This document shows positions 1 to 10,631 of a DNA stretch of 64,000 nucleotides, piece after piece. Origin of the DNA: a virus; IMG/VR virus record IMGVR_UViG_3300021963_000040, positions 70,799 to 134,798 of that record. One strand, written 5' to 3'. A program made the position numbers and the translations under genes. The stretch's first letter is position 1; each line of letters opens with the position of its first letter. The notes under the pieces are model-generated. The model was not told the origin of the DNA and searched no databases. It was given only the letters and a program-made list of their open reading frames with translations.

Positions 1-111
1 GATACAGTAAACGTTATCCTAAGCGGTAACAGCAAGCTAGCCGCTAGCGATCTACAAACAGCCGCCGCGGCCGCAGTAGCTGGTACAACTGTAGTTGACC
101 TAGCATTCTAA
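1..111 (+). CDS. 3' end of a CDS entering from the left (Ala-rich, possibly virion protein)
   Basis: Open frame 1 DTVNVILSG...VVDLAF-TAA followed by a terminator. Confidence 0.6.
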   Translation, partial: DTVNVILSGNSKLAASDLQTAAAAAVAGTTVVDLAF

Positions 112-130
112 TTTAACCCATTAGAATACA

Positions 131-162
131 AAACATACCCTGCTCTGGCAGGGTATTTTTTT
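131..162 (+). terminator. Intrinsic terminator
   Basis: ATACCCTGC-TCTG-GCAGGGTAT stem followed by a T-run. Confidence 0.8.
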
Positions 163-195
163 GACTAAATACACGTATATAATTATGAGGTACAT

Positions 196-648
196 ATGAT
201 TACACCAAAAGGAACTGCTCGTGGCGCTGAGAATCTCGGCGGAGACATGGACTTCTTTACTGCATATACTTTAGTAGATATTACAGATACAGGAGTCAGT
301 GATCCTGCACCGTCCAAAGGTTACAACCAAGCACAGAATTTAAACGCAATGATACAGATGATAGGATTAAGAACTCAGCCTGTAATGATTAGTGTTGACC
401 GTATAGAAAATGATAGTTTAGCAGACTATGATTTTGGTAGTAATTTTTCAGGAACTGCTGATATCTGGATGTTAAAATTTGCAACAGAAAGAAGCGGATA
501 TACTACTGAAAGCACATTAATATCAGATTCAAATGGACTGCCTGTAGCTACAGGATTAGATGAAACAGTAACTATATCTCCGGCAGTATTAAACAGCACT
601 AGTGCTACTGCTAAGAACATTTATTTTGTACAACATACTACATTATAA
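196..648 (+). CDS. Hypothetical phage protein
   Basis: 150 aa ORF, GAGG SD, upstream TAAATA. Confidence 0.75.
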   Translation: MITPKGTARGAENLGGDMDFFTAYTLVDITDTGVSDPAPSKGYNQAQNLNAMIQMIGLRTQPVMISVDRIENDSLADYDFGSNFSGTADIWMLKFATERSGYTTESTLISDSNGLPVATGLDETVTISPAVLNSTSATAKNIYFVQHTTL

Positions 649-750
649 AATAAATAAAGCATACACAGACTATTTGGCAAACTATCCACATTAAACTCTG
701 GCTCAAAAAAGACACCCGTCGAAATCGAATAACGATAAGGACCATATCAC

Positions 751-1035
751 ATGAGTGAACTAGAAAAACAAAATCTTGAAGCGCACGTTGATTTATGCGC
801 CGAGAGATATAAACGATTAGAAGAAAAATTTATCAATTTAGATCTACGTTTGGACAGTCTTAAAAGCGATGTTGCTGTATTAGAAACCTCCATGGATTCT
901 AAGCACAAAGAGCTGGTACAGATTATCCAAGAAGCACAATCTGGTAAATTTAAAGTTTTAGTTGCAACTTCAGGCACAGTTATTGCGGCTATCCTTTCAG
1001 TATTAGGATACCTTATAGCAAATATCAAGCATTAA
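751..1035 (+). CDS. Coiled-coil protein with C-terminal TM helix
   Basis: Heptad-rich N-terminus, hydrophobic C-terminus, AAGGA SD. Confidence 0.7.
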   Translation: MSELEKQNLEAHVDLCAERYKRLEEKFINLDLRLDSLKSDVAVLETSMDSKHKELVQIIQEAQSGKFKVLVATSGTVIAAILSVLGYLIANIKH

Positions 1036-1036
1036 T

Positions 1037-1408
1037 ATGAGATTATCTGACCTATTAGAAACCAAAGAAAAGTTTTCTATAGATAAGAAAAAAGAATTCC
1101 TCGCCGATGACGAACCATTAGAAATCGAAGTCGACGAGGATCATCTTGACGAACAAACTCGTATAGCTTGGGCACGTAAAGGTCGTAAGTTAGTAAGAAA
1201 AATTCGTTGTGGATCGGGTAGACGCAAGGGTAGAATAGTAAGTAAAGCAAGCCAATGCGGCAAGGCAATTAATTTAAAGCGTCGATTTATGATGCGTAGA
1301 TTGTTAAGACGCAAAGGCGCCGCAATGCGTAGGAAAGCTCTACGCACAAAAAGATTTAACTCAGTAAGTAGACGTTTAAGAGTATTAAACAAAAGAAAGA
1401 AACACTAA
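1037..1408 (+). CDS. Hypothetical protein, acidic N-half and very basic C-half
   Basis: Coupled ORF with K/R-rich C-terminus. Confidence 0.65.
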   Translation: MRLSDLLETKEKFSIDKKKEFLADDEPLEIEVDEDHLDEQTRIAWARKGRKLVRKIRCGSGRRKGRIVSKASQCGKAINLKRRFMMRRLLRRKGAAMRRKALRTKRFNSVSRRLRVLNKRKKH

Positions 1409-1632
1409 TGCGTATTATTGATTTAGGCTCAGTATCTGTAATTGTTAGTAACGAAGAATTTAAATTGTACGAATACATTAAGAAAAAACAACCATGGCCA
1501 AAAAAAGCAGATGTTAGTATGAGAGAAAGAACACAAATGTTAGTTAAGCAATTAGTGGCTAAAGGCTTAATTAAAAGATATAGAGAAGACGGATTCACAT
1601 TTTATAAAGCTGTGGAGAATAAAAGTGATTGA
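1408..1632 (+). CDS. Hypothetical protein (possible wHTH)
   Basis: TAATG coupling; LVAKGLIKR motif. Confidence 0.6.
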   Translation: MRIIDLGSVSVIVSNEEFKLYEYIKKKQPWPKKADVSMRERTQMLVKQLVAKGLIKRYREDGFTFYKAVENKSD

Positions 1633-2269
1633 CCAAAATGAAATCAACGCCATGAAAAAAGTCATGGCTGGTTTAGGTAAAGTAGAAGCTCAAAGTTTAG
1701 GAACCTATGTTAAACAAGAACTAGGTCAAGTTGACGGCCAGCCAGTTACAGAAGGCCGTAAATTTACAGATCCTAATGTAGGAGCAATGCACGATATTTT
1801 ATCTAAGCTAAACAATGTAGCAACATCAACAAAAAGAACAATCACAGAGCAATCTAAATCTAATACTAGACTTCGTCAATTTACAGAAATGGAACAAGAG
1901 GGTACTAGTGTTAAGATTAACAAATATGAGATAACCATTAGAGAAGAACAATTTGGTGCTACAACTAAAAACGTATACGATCTTAAAAATACAGTAACAG
2001 GGCAAACACTTTACGAAGGACTTGCCCTGTTTGAATCTGTAATGACCATAACAAAACATTTATTAAAAAACGAAACTACTAGTTTCTTAGCCTGCGATCG
2101 TATAGCGGGGTTGGACGGCGATTATGCAAGATACTTAAATGAAGCTAGCATATACAAATCTAAAATAAAAAAGGGCGGTTCAGCAGAGTTGCTCGACATA
2201 TACGAGAGTAAGTATTCACGTGCTATAGCAGAAGCTAAGAGCACTAAAACTCATATATTAAAAGGCTAA
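1625..2269 (+). CDS. Hypothetical phage protein
   Basis: 214 aa ORF in operon. Confidence 0.7.
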   Translation: MIDQNEINAMKKVMAGLGKVEAQSLGTYVKQELGQVDGQPVTEGRKFTDPNVGAMHDILSKLNNVATSTKRTITEQSKSNTRLRQFTEMEQEGTSVKINKYEITIREEQFGATTKNVYDLKNTVTGQTLYEGLALFESVMTITKHLLKNETTSFLACDRIAGLDGDYARYLNEASIYKSKIKKGGSAELLDIYESKYSRAIAEAKSTKTHILKG

Positions 2270-2303
2270 CTTAGCTAAATAATACTATAATTGGAAGATT
2301 ACT

Positions 2304-3032
2304 ATGAAAATTACAGATTTTTCCGTAAGACCGCAACAAAAACTAAGCGAGATTAACGGCTATCTCAAAGAAAACTTTGGCTATACGCTAAAGAGCGATA
2401 ACGTTAATGCACAGAAGTTGCATTCTATCTTAGAACAGATCAAGAAGAAACAATGGAACCTTAGCTGTGAAGTTAAGAACTATCAAAATGATCCTCGCTA
2501 TGTAAAGAGTGTACTAATTGCAGAAAGCATTAAGATTATGCTAGCTGAAATTGGTCCTGTTCGTAGCAACCCTAAGGCTAGAGTTAACAAAGCTTCAGTT
2601 AATGAAAGCGTTCAACAACTACGTGTTCTATTAGAACAAGACTTAGATCAAGCAGAAACACAACTTGCGGCCAAGAGCATGGTCAGCGATCTTCAAGATA
2701 TGACCGAAGATATTGCTAAGATGCAAGTTGAAACTTTAATGAGCTTAGTTGAGCGCATGAAGGAAGTTTTTGGACTTGAGCAGGCAACACAATTCAATAC
2801 TACAGTTGAAGGTGTACTACAGGGCGTATTAGACAACCTTAAAGATGCACATACTCAAGTATCAAATGCTATTCTAACACTAACAGGCGAAGCACCTGCA
2901 GAAGCACCAATGGGTGGCGAAGCACCTGCAGAAGCACCAATGGGTGGCGAAGTTCCTCCTGAAGAAGGTATGGGCGGAGCAGAAGCCGCAAGCGGTCCTG
3001 CTGGCGAGCCAGTTGGCCGAGAGATCAAATGA
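2304..3032 (+). CDS. Hypothetical protein (scaffold-like, acidic low-complexity tail)
   Basis: 242 aa, coiled coil plus GEAPAEAPMG repeats; upstream TAAATA. Confidence 0.7.
   Translation: MKITDFSVRPQQKLSEINGYLKENFGYTLKSDNVNAQKLHSILEQIKKKQWNLSCEVKNYQNDPRYVKSVLIAESIKIMLAEIGPVRSNPKARVNKASVNESVQQLRVLLEQDLDQAETQLAAKSMVSDLQDMTEDIAKMQVETLMSLVERMKEVFGLEQATQFNTTVEGVLQGVLDNLKDAHTQVSNAILTLTGEAPAEAPMGGEAPAEAPMGGEVPPEEGMGGAEAASGPAGEPVGREIK
2886..2945 (+). repeat. 30-bp perfect tandem duplication (in-frame)
   Basis: GGCGAAGCACCTGCAGAAGCACCAATGGGT x2. Confidence 0.9.
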
Positions 3033-3376
3033 AGTTATTTGAGCTAAAAAGTAACTACGTTGACGAACTTAAATCCACAGCACTAAACATAGTATATACT
3101 GCTAGTGCTAGTGGTGCTACTAAAATGTCAATGCACGATATGATAGCCGACCTGAGTAAGGAAGGCTATTATGTCACTGCTAAAGATTTAATTGATGTTT
3201 TAGGCGGCACACCTAGTATCAAAAATATTAGCGCAAAAGAATTAGAATTAGATACTGGCATTAATCCTAATGCAGAAGAAGAATTAGGAATGCCAAATAC
3301 TGACAAAGCAGAAGCAGATGCACAAAAAGTATCTAATATGGCTTCTGATCAAGCACTAAAAAATATCACCAAATAA
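3029..3376 (+). CDS. Hypothetical protein
   Basis: ATGA overlap with the previous gene. Confidence 0.7.
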   Translation: MKLFELKSNYVDELKSTALNIVYTASASGATKMSMHDMIADLSKEGYYVTAKDLIDVLGGTPSIKNISAKELELDTGINPNAEEELGMPNTDKAEADAQKVSNMASDQALKNITK

Positions 3377-3412
3377 CTTGACAGCCTATATAACATTCTG
3401 TTACTATAGTGT

Positions 3413-4090
3413 ATGTCTATTCTTATTACCAATCCATTTAACTATCAACCTTTAAACCGTGTATCTGAAAATGGTACGCGGTTTTATGTTGATCCAAATA
3501 ATAAAAAGCTACCTAGTGTAACTACCATTCTAGATAAAACCAAGGATAAAACGTTCCTTAACGAATGGAAAAAACGTGTAGGAGAATCCGAAGCAAAACG
3601 TATTAGTACGGAAGCCGCAGGACTTGGTACTCTAGTACACACACATTTAGAAAAATATGTACTTGGAGAATCTCGTCCTAGCGGAAATAACGTAGTTCAT
3701 CAAATGGCTAAGTCAATGAGTGATGTGGTAATTAATCAAGGACTTAGTAAAGTATCAGAAGTATGGGGCTCTGAAGTGGCATTATACTATCCTGACCTTT
3801 ATGCTGGCACTAGTGACTTGGTAGGCATTTACCAAGGAGAACCGGCAATTATTGACTTCAAAAACACCTCAAAACCTAAGAAAGAGGAGTGGATCGAAGA
3901 CTATTTCCTCCAGTGTTGTGCGTATGCACTCGCACACAATACAGTTTATAATACAGACATTAAAAGAGCCGTTATTTTTATGGTGGCTCGAGATAACACT
4001 TATCAGGAGTTTGATCTACAGGGTGCTAAGTTTGATATGATGTGTGAAAAATGGGGTGATCGAGTAGCACAGTACTACAAACTAAACTAA
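3413..4090 (+). CDS. PD-(D/E)XK exonuclease (MGME1/Cas4-like phage exonuclease)
   Basis: LPSVTTIL, GTLVH, YAGTSD, IIDFKN, QCCAYALA motifs; sigma70-like promoter upstream. Confidence 0.85.
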   Translation: MSILITNPFNYQPLNRVSENGTRFYVDPNNKKLPSVTTILDKTKDKTFLNEWKKRVGESEAKRISTEAAGLGTLVHTHLEKYVLGESRPSGNNVVHQMAKSMSDVVINQGLSKVSEVWGSEVALYYPDLYAGTSDLVGIYQGEPAIIDFKNTSKPKKEEWIEDYFLQCCAYALAHNTVYNTDIKRAVIFMVARDNTYQEFDLQGAKFDMMCEKWGDRVAQYYKLN

Positions 4091-4114
4091 ATATAGCATT
4101 AGGAGTTAGATTAC

Positions 4115-4789
4115 ATGACAACAGAATCGTTTATTTCGCGAATTCAGGTACGTCGTGGTTTGCTAGAGGATTTACCTTTATTAGAACCCGGCGAACTTGC
4201 ATACGCAGTTGACCAAAGACGCTTGTTTATTGGTAACCCACAGCAGACATTTACAGGTAACGGTGAAACAGCAAACTTCACTATCAATCAGAGTCTAGTA
4301 CGTACAAGTACAGTCTTTTTCTCGTTAATAGATGGTGTATTGCAAATTCCGCAATACTCATATCTACCTGACAGAACTGTTATTAGTTTTACTAACCCAC
4401 CACCAGATGGTTCTGTTGTAACTATTGGATACAATAGTGAAATTCGTTTGTACGACGGATTCCAAGGCACAGACCTCATTTACTTAGAAGCTAACAAAAC
4501 TAATTGGACCTCTACTGTAGTTGCATTAGAAGTAGACTATGCAAACACAGGGGTATTTGAATATAGTATTAAATCTAGCCAAGGCATGGTTGTTGGTGAT
4601 TTGAAATTTATCACTGACGGTGTTATACTAGACTATAATGACACGACACAAAACACTAGTTCTATAGAACCTGTTAAGTTAAGATTACAATTAATTAACA
4701 ACGGTCAGTTTGTAGAATTGCAATACATCAATGCCAGTGCAGAAAACGCAAGACTATATTATAGTACAAGAGTGTGGAAAACAGTATAA
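4115..4789 (+). CDS. Putative virion structural protein
   Basis: N-terminal RIQVRRG...GELAYAVD..RLFIG motif typical of phage tail/baseplate proteins; TAAATA upstream. Confidence 0.6.
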   Translation: MTTESFISRIQVRRGLLEDLPLLEPGELAYAVDQRRLFIGNPQQTFTGNGETANFTINQSLVRTSTVFFSLIDGVLQIPQYSYLPDRTVISFTNPPPDGSVVTIGYNSEIRLYDGFQGTDLIYLEANKTNWTSTVVALEVDYANTGVFEYSIKSSQGMVVGDLKFITDGVILDYNDTTQNTSSIEPVKLRLQLINNGQFVELQYINASAENARLYYSTRVWKTV

Positions 4790-5223
4790 CCAACGTATGG
4801 GCGTCCGGCCCAATTACCAGATTTCGAGTTTGGAAAAATTTAAGGTCTGGTTTAGAGAACTCGTCTTTCGATAAGGCATTTAATGATGCCTACAAATGGT
4901 GGACTTCTGCTCCGACTATTAGACGTACATTTGATCCTTGGAAACCAGATCAATGGCCAAACCCCTGGGAACTATTATATAAGGACGACTTTTGTCCTAA
5001 TTCAGTATCTTTGGGCATTTGGTATGTACTCAAATTAACCAACCAAGATCTATCTAGACTTAAACTATGCGTAGTAAGCGATAGAGAACAAAAACATAAT
5101 TGTTTGGGTTTGGTACTAGACAACAAGGAAGTTTACCTGTATAATAAAAAACTGAGTATTAAATCTCCTATGGTGGAGATATTAAATACGTTCTCTATAG
5201 AAGAAATAGAAGCTAACATATAA
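4774..5223 (+). CDS. Hypothetical protein
   Basis: 149 aa; WPNPWEL motif. Confidence 0.65.
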   Translation: MENSITNVWASGPITRFRVWKNLRSGLENSSFDKAFNDAYKWWTSAPTIRRTFDPWKPDQWPNPWELLYKDDFCPNSVSLGIWYVLKLTNQDLSRLKLCVVSDREQKHNCLGLVLDNKEVYLYNKKLSIKSPMVEILNTFSIEEIEANI

Positions 5224-5298
5224 AATAGTTTTTATTCAGATAGAGAGCGAGAGTAAATAGAACACTTAAGAGAGTTGTGGTTCGAGAAAGATAATAAA

Positions 5299-7590
5299 AT
5301 GAGCAGAAATATCCAAGTACAAAAACGAGACGGGCGCAAAGAAGAATTAAACATTAATAAAATTCATAAAATGGTAGAAGAAGCTTGCCTAGGACTAGCA
5401 GGCGTTAACGTAAGTCAAATTGAAATGAATGCAGACTTACAATTCATAGATGGCATTTCAACATCAGACATCCAAGAAATCTTAATTCGTTCAGCTAATG
5501 ATCTAATTAGCTTAGAACACCCAAACTATCAATACGTTGCGGCACGTCTATTGTTATTTGGATTACGTAAAGAAGTATTTGGACAATTCCAACCACTACA
5601 CATCTTAGACTTAGTAAAGCGTAACATTGATAAAGGTATCTATGATCCCGAGCTAGTTACTTACTATTCTGATGACGAGTGGAATCAGATTAACGATATT
5701 GTCAATCACGATCGTGACTTTAACTTTACCTATGCTGGCATTCGCCAAGTTGTAGACAAGTACCTGGTGCAAGATCGTTCAACCGGTAAGGTATTCGAAA
5801 CACCACAATACATGTACATGCTAATTTCCGCAGTACTATTTTCTCGTTATCCTAAGGAGACGAGAATGTCTTATGTTAAGAGGTACTATGATGCAGTCAG
5901 CCAATATAAGATTAATATTCCTACTCCTGTCATGGCTGGTGTACGTACTCCTATGCGGCAGTTTGCTAGTTGTGTTTTGGTTGATGTGGATGATACCCTT
6001 GATAGTATTTTCACTAGCGATATGGCCATTGGTAAGTATGTGGCCCAACGAGCAGGCATCGGCATTAATGCAGGGCGCATCAGAGGAATCAATTCAAAGA
6101 TCAGAGGAGGCGAAGTAGCACACACTGGTGTAGTACCATTCCTTAAGAAGTTTGAATCCACTGTTCGTTGCTGTACACAAAATGGAGTCCGCGGCGGCTC
6201 GGCAACAGTTCACTTCCCAGTGTGGCACAAAGAGATCGAAGACATCCTAGTTCTTAAAAATAACAAAGGCACAGAAGACAACCGTGTACGCAAATTAGAT
6301 TACAGCATCCAACTAAGCAAATTATTTTATGAACGTGCGTTAAGTGGTGGCAATATTACATTATTCAGTCCACACGATGTTCCTGGATTATATGAAGCAT
6401 TTGGCGATAACGAATCATTTGACGCATTATATGTCAAATATGAAAATGATAATAAGATTCCTAAGAAGTCTATTTCAGCAATGGGGTTGATTCAAGACTT
6501 ACTAAAGGAACGTGCAGAAACAGGTCGTGTTTACATCATGAACATTGATCATGCCAACAGTCATAGTAGTTTCTTAGATGCAGTTAAAATGAGTAACCTC
6601 TGCCAAGAGATTACACTACCAACAGATCCTTTACAACACATCGACGGCAAAGGCGAAATTGCACTATGTATTCTAAGTGCTATCAACGTAGGTACACTAC
6701 GTAACCTAGATGAACTAACAAACTTATGTGATCTAGCTGTACGTGGTCTAGAAGAAATCATTGACTATCAGCGTTACCCAGTTATAGCCGCTGAGATTAG
6801 TACTAAAGCTCGTCGTAGCTTAGGTATTGGCTACATTGGCCTAGCACACTATCTAGCACGTAACAAAGTATTCTATGATGATGTAGAAGCCGCACGTTTA
6901 GTAAACCGTCTAACAGAAGCTTTCCAATATAACTTATTAAAAGCAAGTAACCAGTTAGCCAAGGAAAGAGGCGCATGTGAGTATTTCGATCGTACCAAAT
7001 ATTCACAAGGAATTCTGCCCATTGACACTTACAAGCGTGATATCGATGAATTCTTAGGTACAGAGTTGCAGTATGACTGGGAAAGTCTACGTGCTGAAAT
7101 TAAAGAGCACGGCCTACGTCATAGCACACTATCTGCACAGATGCCTAGCGAATCTAGCTCTGTTGCCAGCAACGAAACTAATGGTATCGAACCTCCACGT
7201 GACTTGTTATCAGTTAAGAAGTCAAAGAAAGGTACATTAAAACAAATCGTCCCGTCATATCAAAGTCTAAAAAACTACTATACTTTACTTTGGGATATGA
7301 AGGGCAACGAAGGATATGTTCGTATTGTAGCGGCCATGCAAAAATACTTTGATCAAGCCATTAGCGGAAATTGGAGTTATAATCCCTTACAGTTTGCCAA
7401 TAACGAAGTACCTCTAAGCGTAATGTTAAAAGATCTACTGACTACATACAAGTACGGATGGAAGACCAGTTATTATCAAAATACCTACGACATGAAGAGT
7501 GACGACGAAAGTCCACTACCCATATTAACAGAACAACCAGTAAAACAAGAAGAACAAGGCGAAGAAGTTTGCGACGCTTGCACCATTTAA
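5299..7590 (+). CDS. nrdA: Ribonucleoside-diphosphate reductase class Ia alpha subunit
   Basis: ATP cone (VQKRDG), PTPVMAG, SNLCQEI, C-terminal CDAC. Confidence 0.97.
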   Translation: MSRNIQVQKRDGRKEELNINKIHKMVEEACLGLAGVNVSQIEMNADLQFIDGISTSDIQEILIRSANDLISLEHPNYQYVAARLLLFGLRKEVFGQFQPLHILDLVKRNIDKGIYDPELVTYYSDDEWNQINDIVNHDRDFNFTYAGIRQVVDKYLVQDRSTGKVFETPQYMYMLISAVLFSRYPKETRMSYVKRYYDAVSQYKINIPTPVMAGVRTPMRQFASCVLVDVDDTLDSIFTSDMAIGKYVAQRAGIGINAGRIRGINSKIRGGEVAHTGVVPFLKKFESTVRCCTQNGVRGGSATVHFPVWHKEIEDILVLKNNKGTEDNRVRKLDYSIQLSKLFYERALSGGNITLFSPHDVPGLYEAFGDNESFDALYVKYENDNKIPKKSISAMGLIQDLLKERAETGRVYIMNIDHANSHSSFLDAVKMSNLCQEITLPTDPLQHIDGKGEIALCILSAINVGTLRNLDELTNLCDLAVRGLEEIIDYQRYPVIAAEISTKARRSLGIGYIGLAHYLARNKVFYDDVEAARLVNRLTEAFQYNLLKASNQLAKERGACEYFDRTKYSQGILPIDTYKRDIDEFLGTELQYDWESLRAEIKEHGLRHSTLSAQMPSESSSVASNETNGIEPPRDLLSVKKSKKGTLKQIVPSYQSLKNYYTLLWDMKGNEGYVRIVAAMQKYFDQAISGNWSYNPLQFANNEVPLSVMLKDLLTTYKYGWKTSYYQNTYDMKSDDESPLPILTEQPVKQEEQGEEVCDACTI

Positions 7591-7599
7591 GGAACATAT

Positions 7600-8691
7600 A
7601 TGACCGTTTTTAATAGAGACAAAGTTGACTTTACAAAAGAGCCTATGTTCTTTGGTGCTCAACAAAATACACAACGTTTTGATGTGTTTAAGTATCCTGT
7701 GTTTGATAAACTTACACAAGCACAATTAGGTTACTTTTGGCGACCAGAAGAAGTTAGCCTTCAAAAGGATCGCGCAGACTATCAACAATTCCGCCCAGAG
7801 CAAAAATTCATCTTTACTAGTAACCTAAAGTATCAAACTCTATTAGACTCGGTACAAGGCCGCGGAGTACTTGCGGCCTTTGGCCCTTATTGTAGTTTAC
7901 CTGAATTAGAAAGTTGCATGAACGCATGGCAGTTCTTTGAAAATATTCATAGTCGTTCATATACACACATCATTAAGAATGTTTATAGTAATCCGACAGA
8001 AGTATTTGATACTATTCTTGATGATGAACAAATTATTGCTCGTGCAAAGAGCGTAACAGTAGCATACGATGATTTTATTGATTATGCTAATCGTTATACA
8101 GTCACCGGCGAAGGAGACACGCGAACTCTAAAAAAGAAGTTATACATGGCCATGATTAGCGTGAACGCCCTTGAAGGGATTCGTTTCTTCGTTAGTTTCG
8201 CCTGTTCCTTCGCATTCGGTGAACTAAAGCTAATGGAAGGTTCTGCAAAGATCATTAGTTTAATTGCACGTGACGAAAGTCAACACCTTGCTATCAGTCA
8301 GCATATTATCAAGAACTGGCAGAAAGGTGACGATCCTGAAATGAGTAGTATCATTGAGGAATGCAAGGATGATGTTATCGAAGTTTACAAAAAAGTAGTC
8401 CAGGAAGAAAAAGAATGGGCCAACTATTTGTTTAAGGATGGTAGTATCATAGGTTTAAATGAACGTCTACTACATGAGTACGTAGAATACATTGCTAACA
8501 AAAGAGTACGAGCCATTGGCTTAGATAACTTGTTTACACGCCATGCAGAAAATCCACTGCCATGGACACAGCATTGGTTATCAAGCAAAGGCCTACAAGT
8601 AGCACCACAAGAGACAGAAGTAGAGAGTTACGTAGTGGGTGGTATTAAACAAGACGTTAACTTAAATGACTTCTCAGGATTTAAACTATAA
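7600..8691 (+). CDS. nrdB: Ribonucleoside-diphosphate reductase class Ia beta subunit
   Basis: FWRPEEV, ENIHSRSY, EGIRF, RDESQH, VAPQETE. Confidence 0.97.
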   Translation: MTVFNRDKVDFTKEPMFFGAQQNTQRFDVFKYPVFDKLTQAQLGYFWRPEEVSLQKDRADYQQFRPEQKFIFTSNLKYQTLLDSVQGRGVLAAFGPYCSLPELESCMNAWQFFENIHSRSYTHIIKNVYSNPTEVFDTILDDEQIIARAKSVTVAYDDFIDYANRYTVTGEGDTRTLKKKLYMAMISVNALEGIRFFVSFACSFAFGELKLMEGSAKIISLIARDESQHLAISQHIIKNWQKGDDPEMSSIIEECKDDVIEVYKKVVQEEKEWANYLFKDGSIIGLNERLLHEYVEYIANKRVRAIGLDNLFTRHAENPLPWTQHWLSSKGLQVAPQETEVESYVVGGIKQDVNLNDFSGFKL

Positions 8692-8700
8692 GAGGGTATC

Positions 8701-8949
8701 ATGGTTATAGTTGACAAAGTAGAAATTTATACAAAGGCCGGTTGCCAATATTGCGAGACAGCTAAGAAAGTTGTTAATCGAAGAGAATGGCCTTTAGAAG
8801 TTAAATCGATTGACGAAGAAACTTATATGACAGAAATTACAGATCGTTTAGGCCATACACCTCGTTCTGTACCACAGATCTTTATTAACGGCGAACACAT
8901 TGGCGGTTACCAAAAGATGGTAGAGTGGATTGGCAAGAACATAGACTAA
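8701..8949 (+). CDS. Glutaredoxin
   Basis: CQYC, SVPQIFINGEHIGGY. Confidence 0.9.
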   Translation: MVIVDKVEIYTKAGCQYCETAKKVVNRREWPLEVKSIDEETYMTEITDRLGHTPRSVPQIFINGEHIGGYQKMVEWIGKNID

Positions 8950-8970
8950 ACAACAAAACGGAGACACACA

Positions 8971-9285
8971 ATGTTATTAAAAGTACCTTACCGACCAGGT
9001 GATGTAGTTACTATTAAGTTATCTACAGGCGAAGAAGTTATCGGTAAATACGATGCAGATGAAAATGATGGTATTAGTATTTCTAAGCCGTTAGTACTAA
9101 CAGCAGGCCCGCAAGGCGGCATAGCACTAACTCCTTATATGTTTACTGCTGACAGTTCTGCGGTTATCTTTAAAAACCATCATGTAATTTGTGTAGCGGC
9201 TTCATTAAAGCAAGCAAGCGATCAATACTTCCAGGCAACAACAGGAATCCAAACTGTTGCGGCAGGAGCGATTCAAGGGGTATAA
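8971..9285 (+). CDS. Sm-like fold phage protein
   Basis: VVTIKLSTGEEVIG motif. Confidence 0.6.
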   Translation: MLLKVPYRPGDVVTIKLSTGEEVIGKYDADENDGISISKPLVLTAGPQGGIALTPYMFTADSSAVIFKNHHVICVAASLKQASDQYFQATTGIQTVAAGAIQGV

Positions 9286-10107
9286 ATGCCATACGTAACA
9301 GGCACAGGTGGAATTGACGATGTTTACCATAGTGGTAATGTTTACGTTAACAACGTATTAGTTGCTACATGGCAACCACCTGGCCAAAGTGCTAGCTTCG
9401 CAGGATCAACACCTGATGGTCCGGTTACTATTGATGCCGCCACAGCTTCTGCTAATCAAGCAAAGTACGATTCTTATGCACAGAATCCTAACGCATCAAA
9501 AAACCCTGCCGCGGCCTCCAACGGTGTAAAAGAAAACTATCCCGGTACTCCTGAATCAGAGGAGACTGGCGGTAGTATTCCTCCTAACACTAACGCTAGC
9601 GCCAGCGATGTTAAGTCTTTCTTAGACAAGATATATGAAGAAGCTAAACGAGGCATGTGGCGAGAGTCTGGACAGAATGGCAAACCAAGTAATCCTAATA
9701 TTGTAGGTATTTGGCGAGACCTGGGATATCCTACCACTGCATACTGGTCAACAGACCAAACACCTTGGTGTATGGGATTTGTTAACTTTGCACTAAAGCG
9801 TAGCGGATATCGTTATGTACAAGAAGCAAGCTCATGGGCTATTAGAAATAAACCATCTAGATGGAATGCAACACCTGTAGCAGTTAACCAAGCACAACCA
9901 GGTGATATTGTTCTTTGGGATTTTGGACACGTAAACTTTGTTTATCAAGCTAACAATGGCAAGTTAAGTTTTATAGGCGGCAACCAAACGCCTACAGCAG
10001 GCAAAAACAATAATCCAAACGACGGTGATGTTTCGATCAGTTGGCCAAGTGGTTGGACTTCCAATCGTGGCGGCGTTTCTGGCATCTGGCGGCCGTCCAA
10101 AACTTAA
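9286..10107 (+). CDS. TIGR02594-like CHAP/NlpC-P60 peptidoglycan amidase
   Basis: DQTPWCMGFV, GHVNFV, FIGGNQ. Confidence 0.8.
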   Translation: MPYVTGTGGIDDVYHSGNVYVNNVLVATWQPPGQSASFAGSTPDGPVTIDAATASANQAKYDSYAQNPNASKNPAAASNGVKENYPGTPESEETGGSIPPNTNASASDVKSFLDKIYEEAKRGMWRESGQNGKPSNPNIVGIWRDLGYPTTAYWSTDQTPWCMGFVNFALKRSGYRYVQEASSWAIRNKPSRWNATPVAVNQAQPGDIVLWDFGHVNFVYQANNGKLSFIGGNQTPTAGKNNNPNDGDVSISWPSGWTSNRGGVSGIWRPSKT

Positions 10108-10166
10108 AATAACTATTGACAAATTTGATCTCCTATGCTAAAATACTAGTATAGGAGATTTTCTTT

Positions 10167-10631
10167 ATGTTCCTCAAATTTCTAGATAAGGTAGGTCGCA
10201 AACGTGTTATCCTTGATAGAGAATCAAATGAACCATATCTTGAACGATACTATTTGTTCCTTAAAGACAGAAAGCTATTTCCCTTTAATATCTTTTTACA
10301 CAAGTTTCTTAAGTCAGATCCCGATGACGTGCATGATCATCCATGGCCTTATGCTACTTTGATTCTCAAAGGTGGCTACTATGAATGGGTTCCAGAATTT
10401 AACAGCCTCGGTGAAAAGATTGGCGAGATCCGTTATTGGCGTAGACCCGGTCACTTTCGTACTTGTAGTGCTAACAGCTATCATCGTATTGAGCTTGACC
10501 CTAATATAACAGCATGGACATTGTTTATGCCCGGGCCACAAAAACGAGAATGGGGATTTTTAGTTAATAATAAATGGATTCATAACGACAAATATATAGA
10601 AATGCGTAAACAACATAAAGGAGCAACTTGA
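10167..10631 (+). CDS. Cupin-fold phage protein
   Basis: HDHPW...ILKGGYYE...HRIEL...WGF. Confidence 0.7.
   Translation: MFLKFLDKVGRKRVILDRESNEPYLERYYLFLKDRKLFPFNIFLHKFLKSDPDDVHDHPWPYATLILKGGYYEWVPEFNSLGEKIGEIRYWRRPGHFRTCSANSYHRIELDPNITAWTLFMPGPQKREWGFLVNNKWIHNDKYIEMRKQHKGAT

Noticed and set aside
5299-8691. Introns or inteins in nrdA/nrdB
   Set aside because: Both are uninterrupted and of normal length
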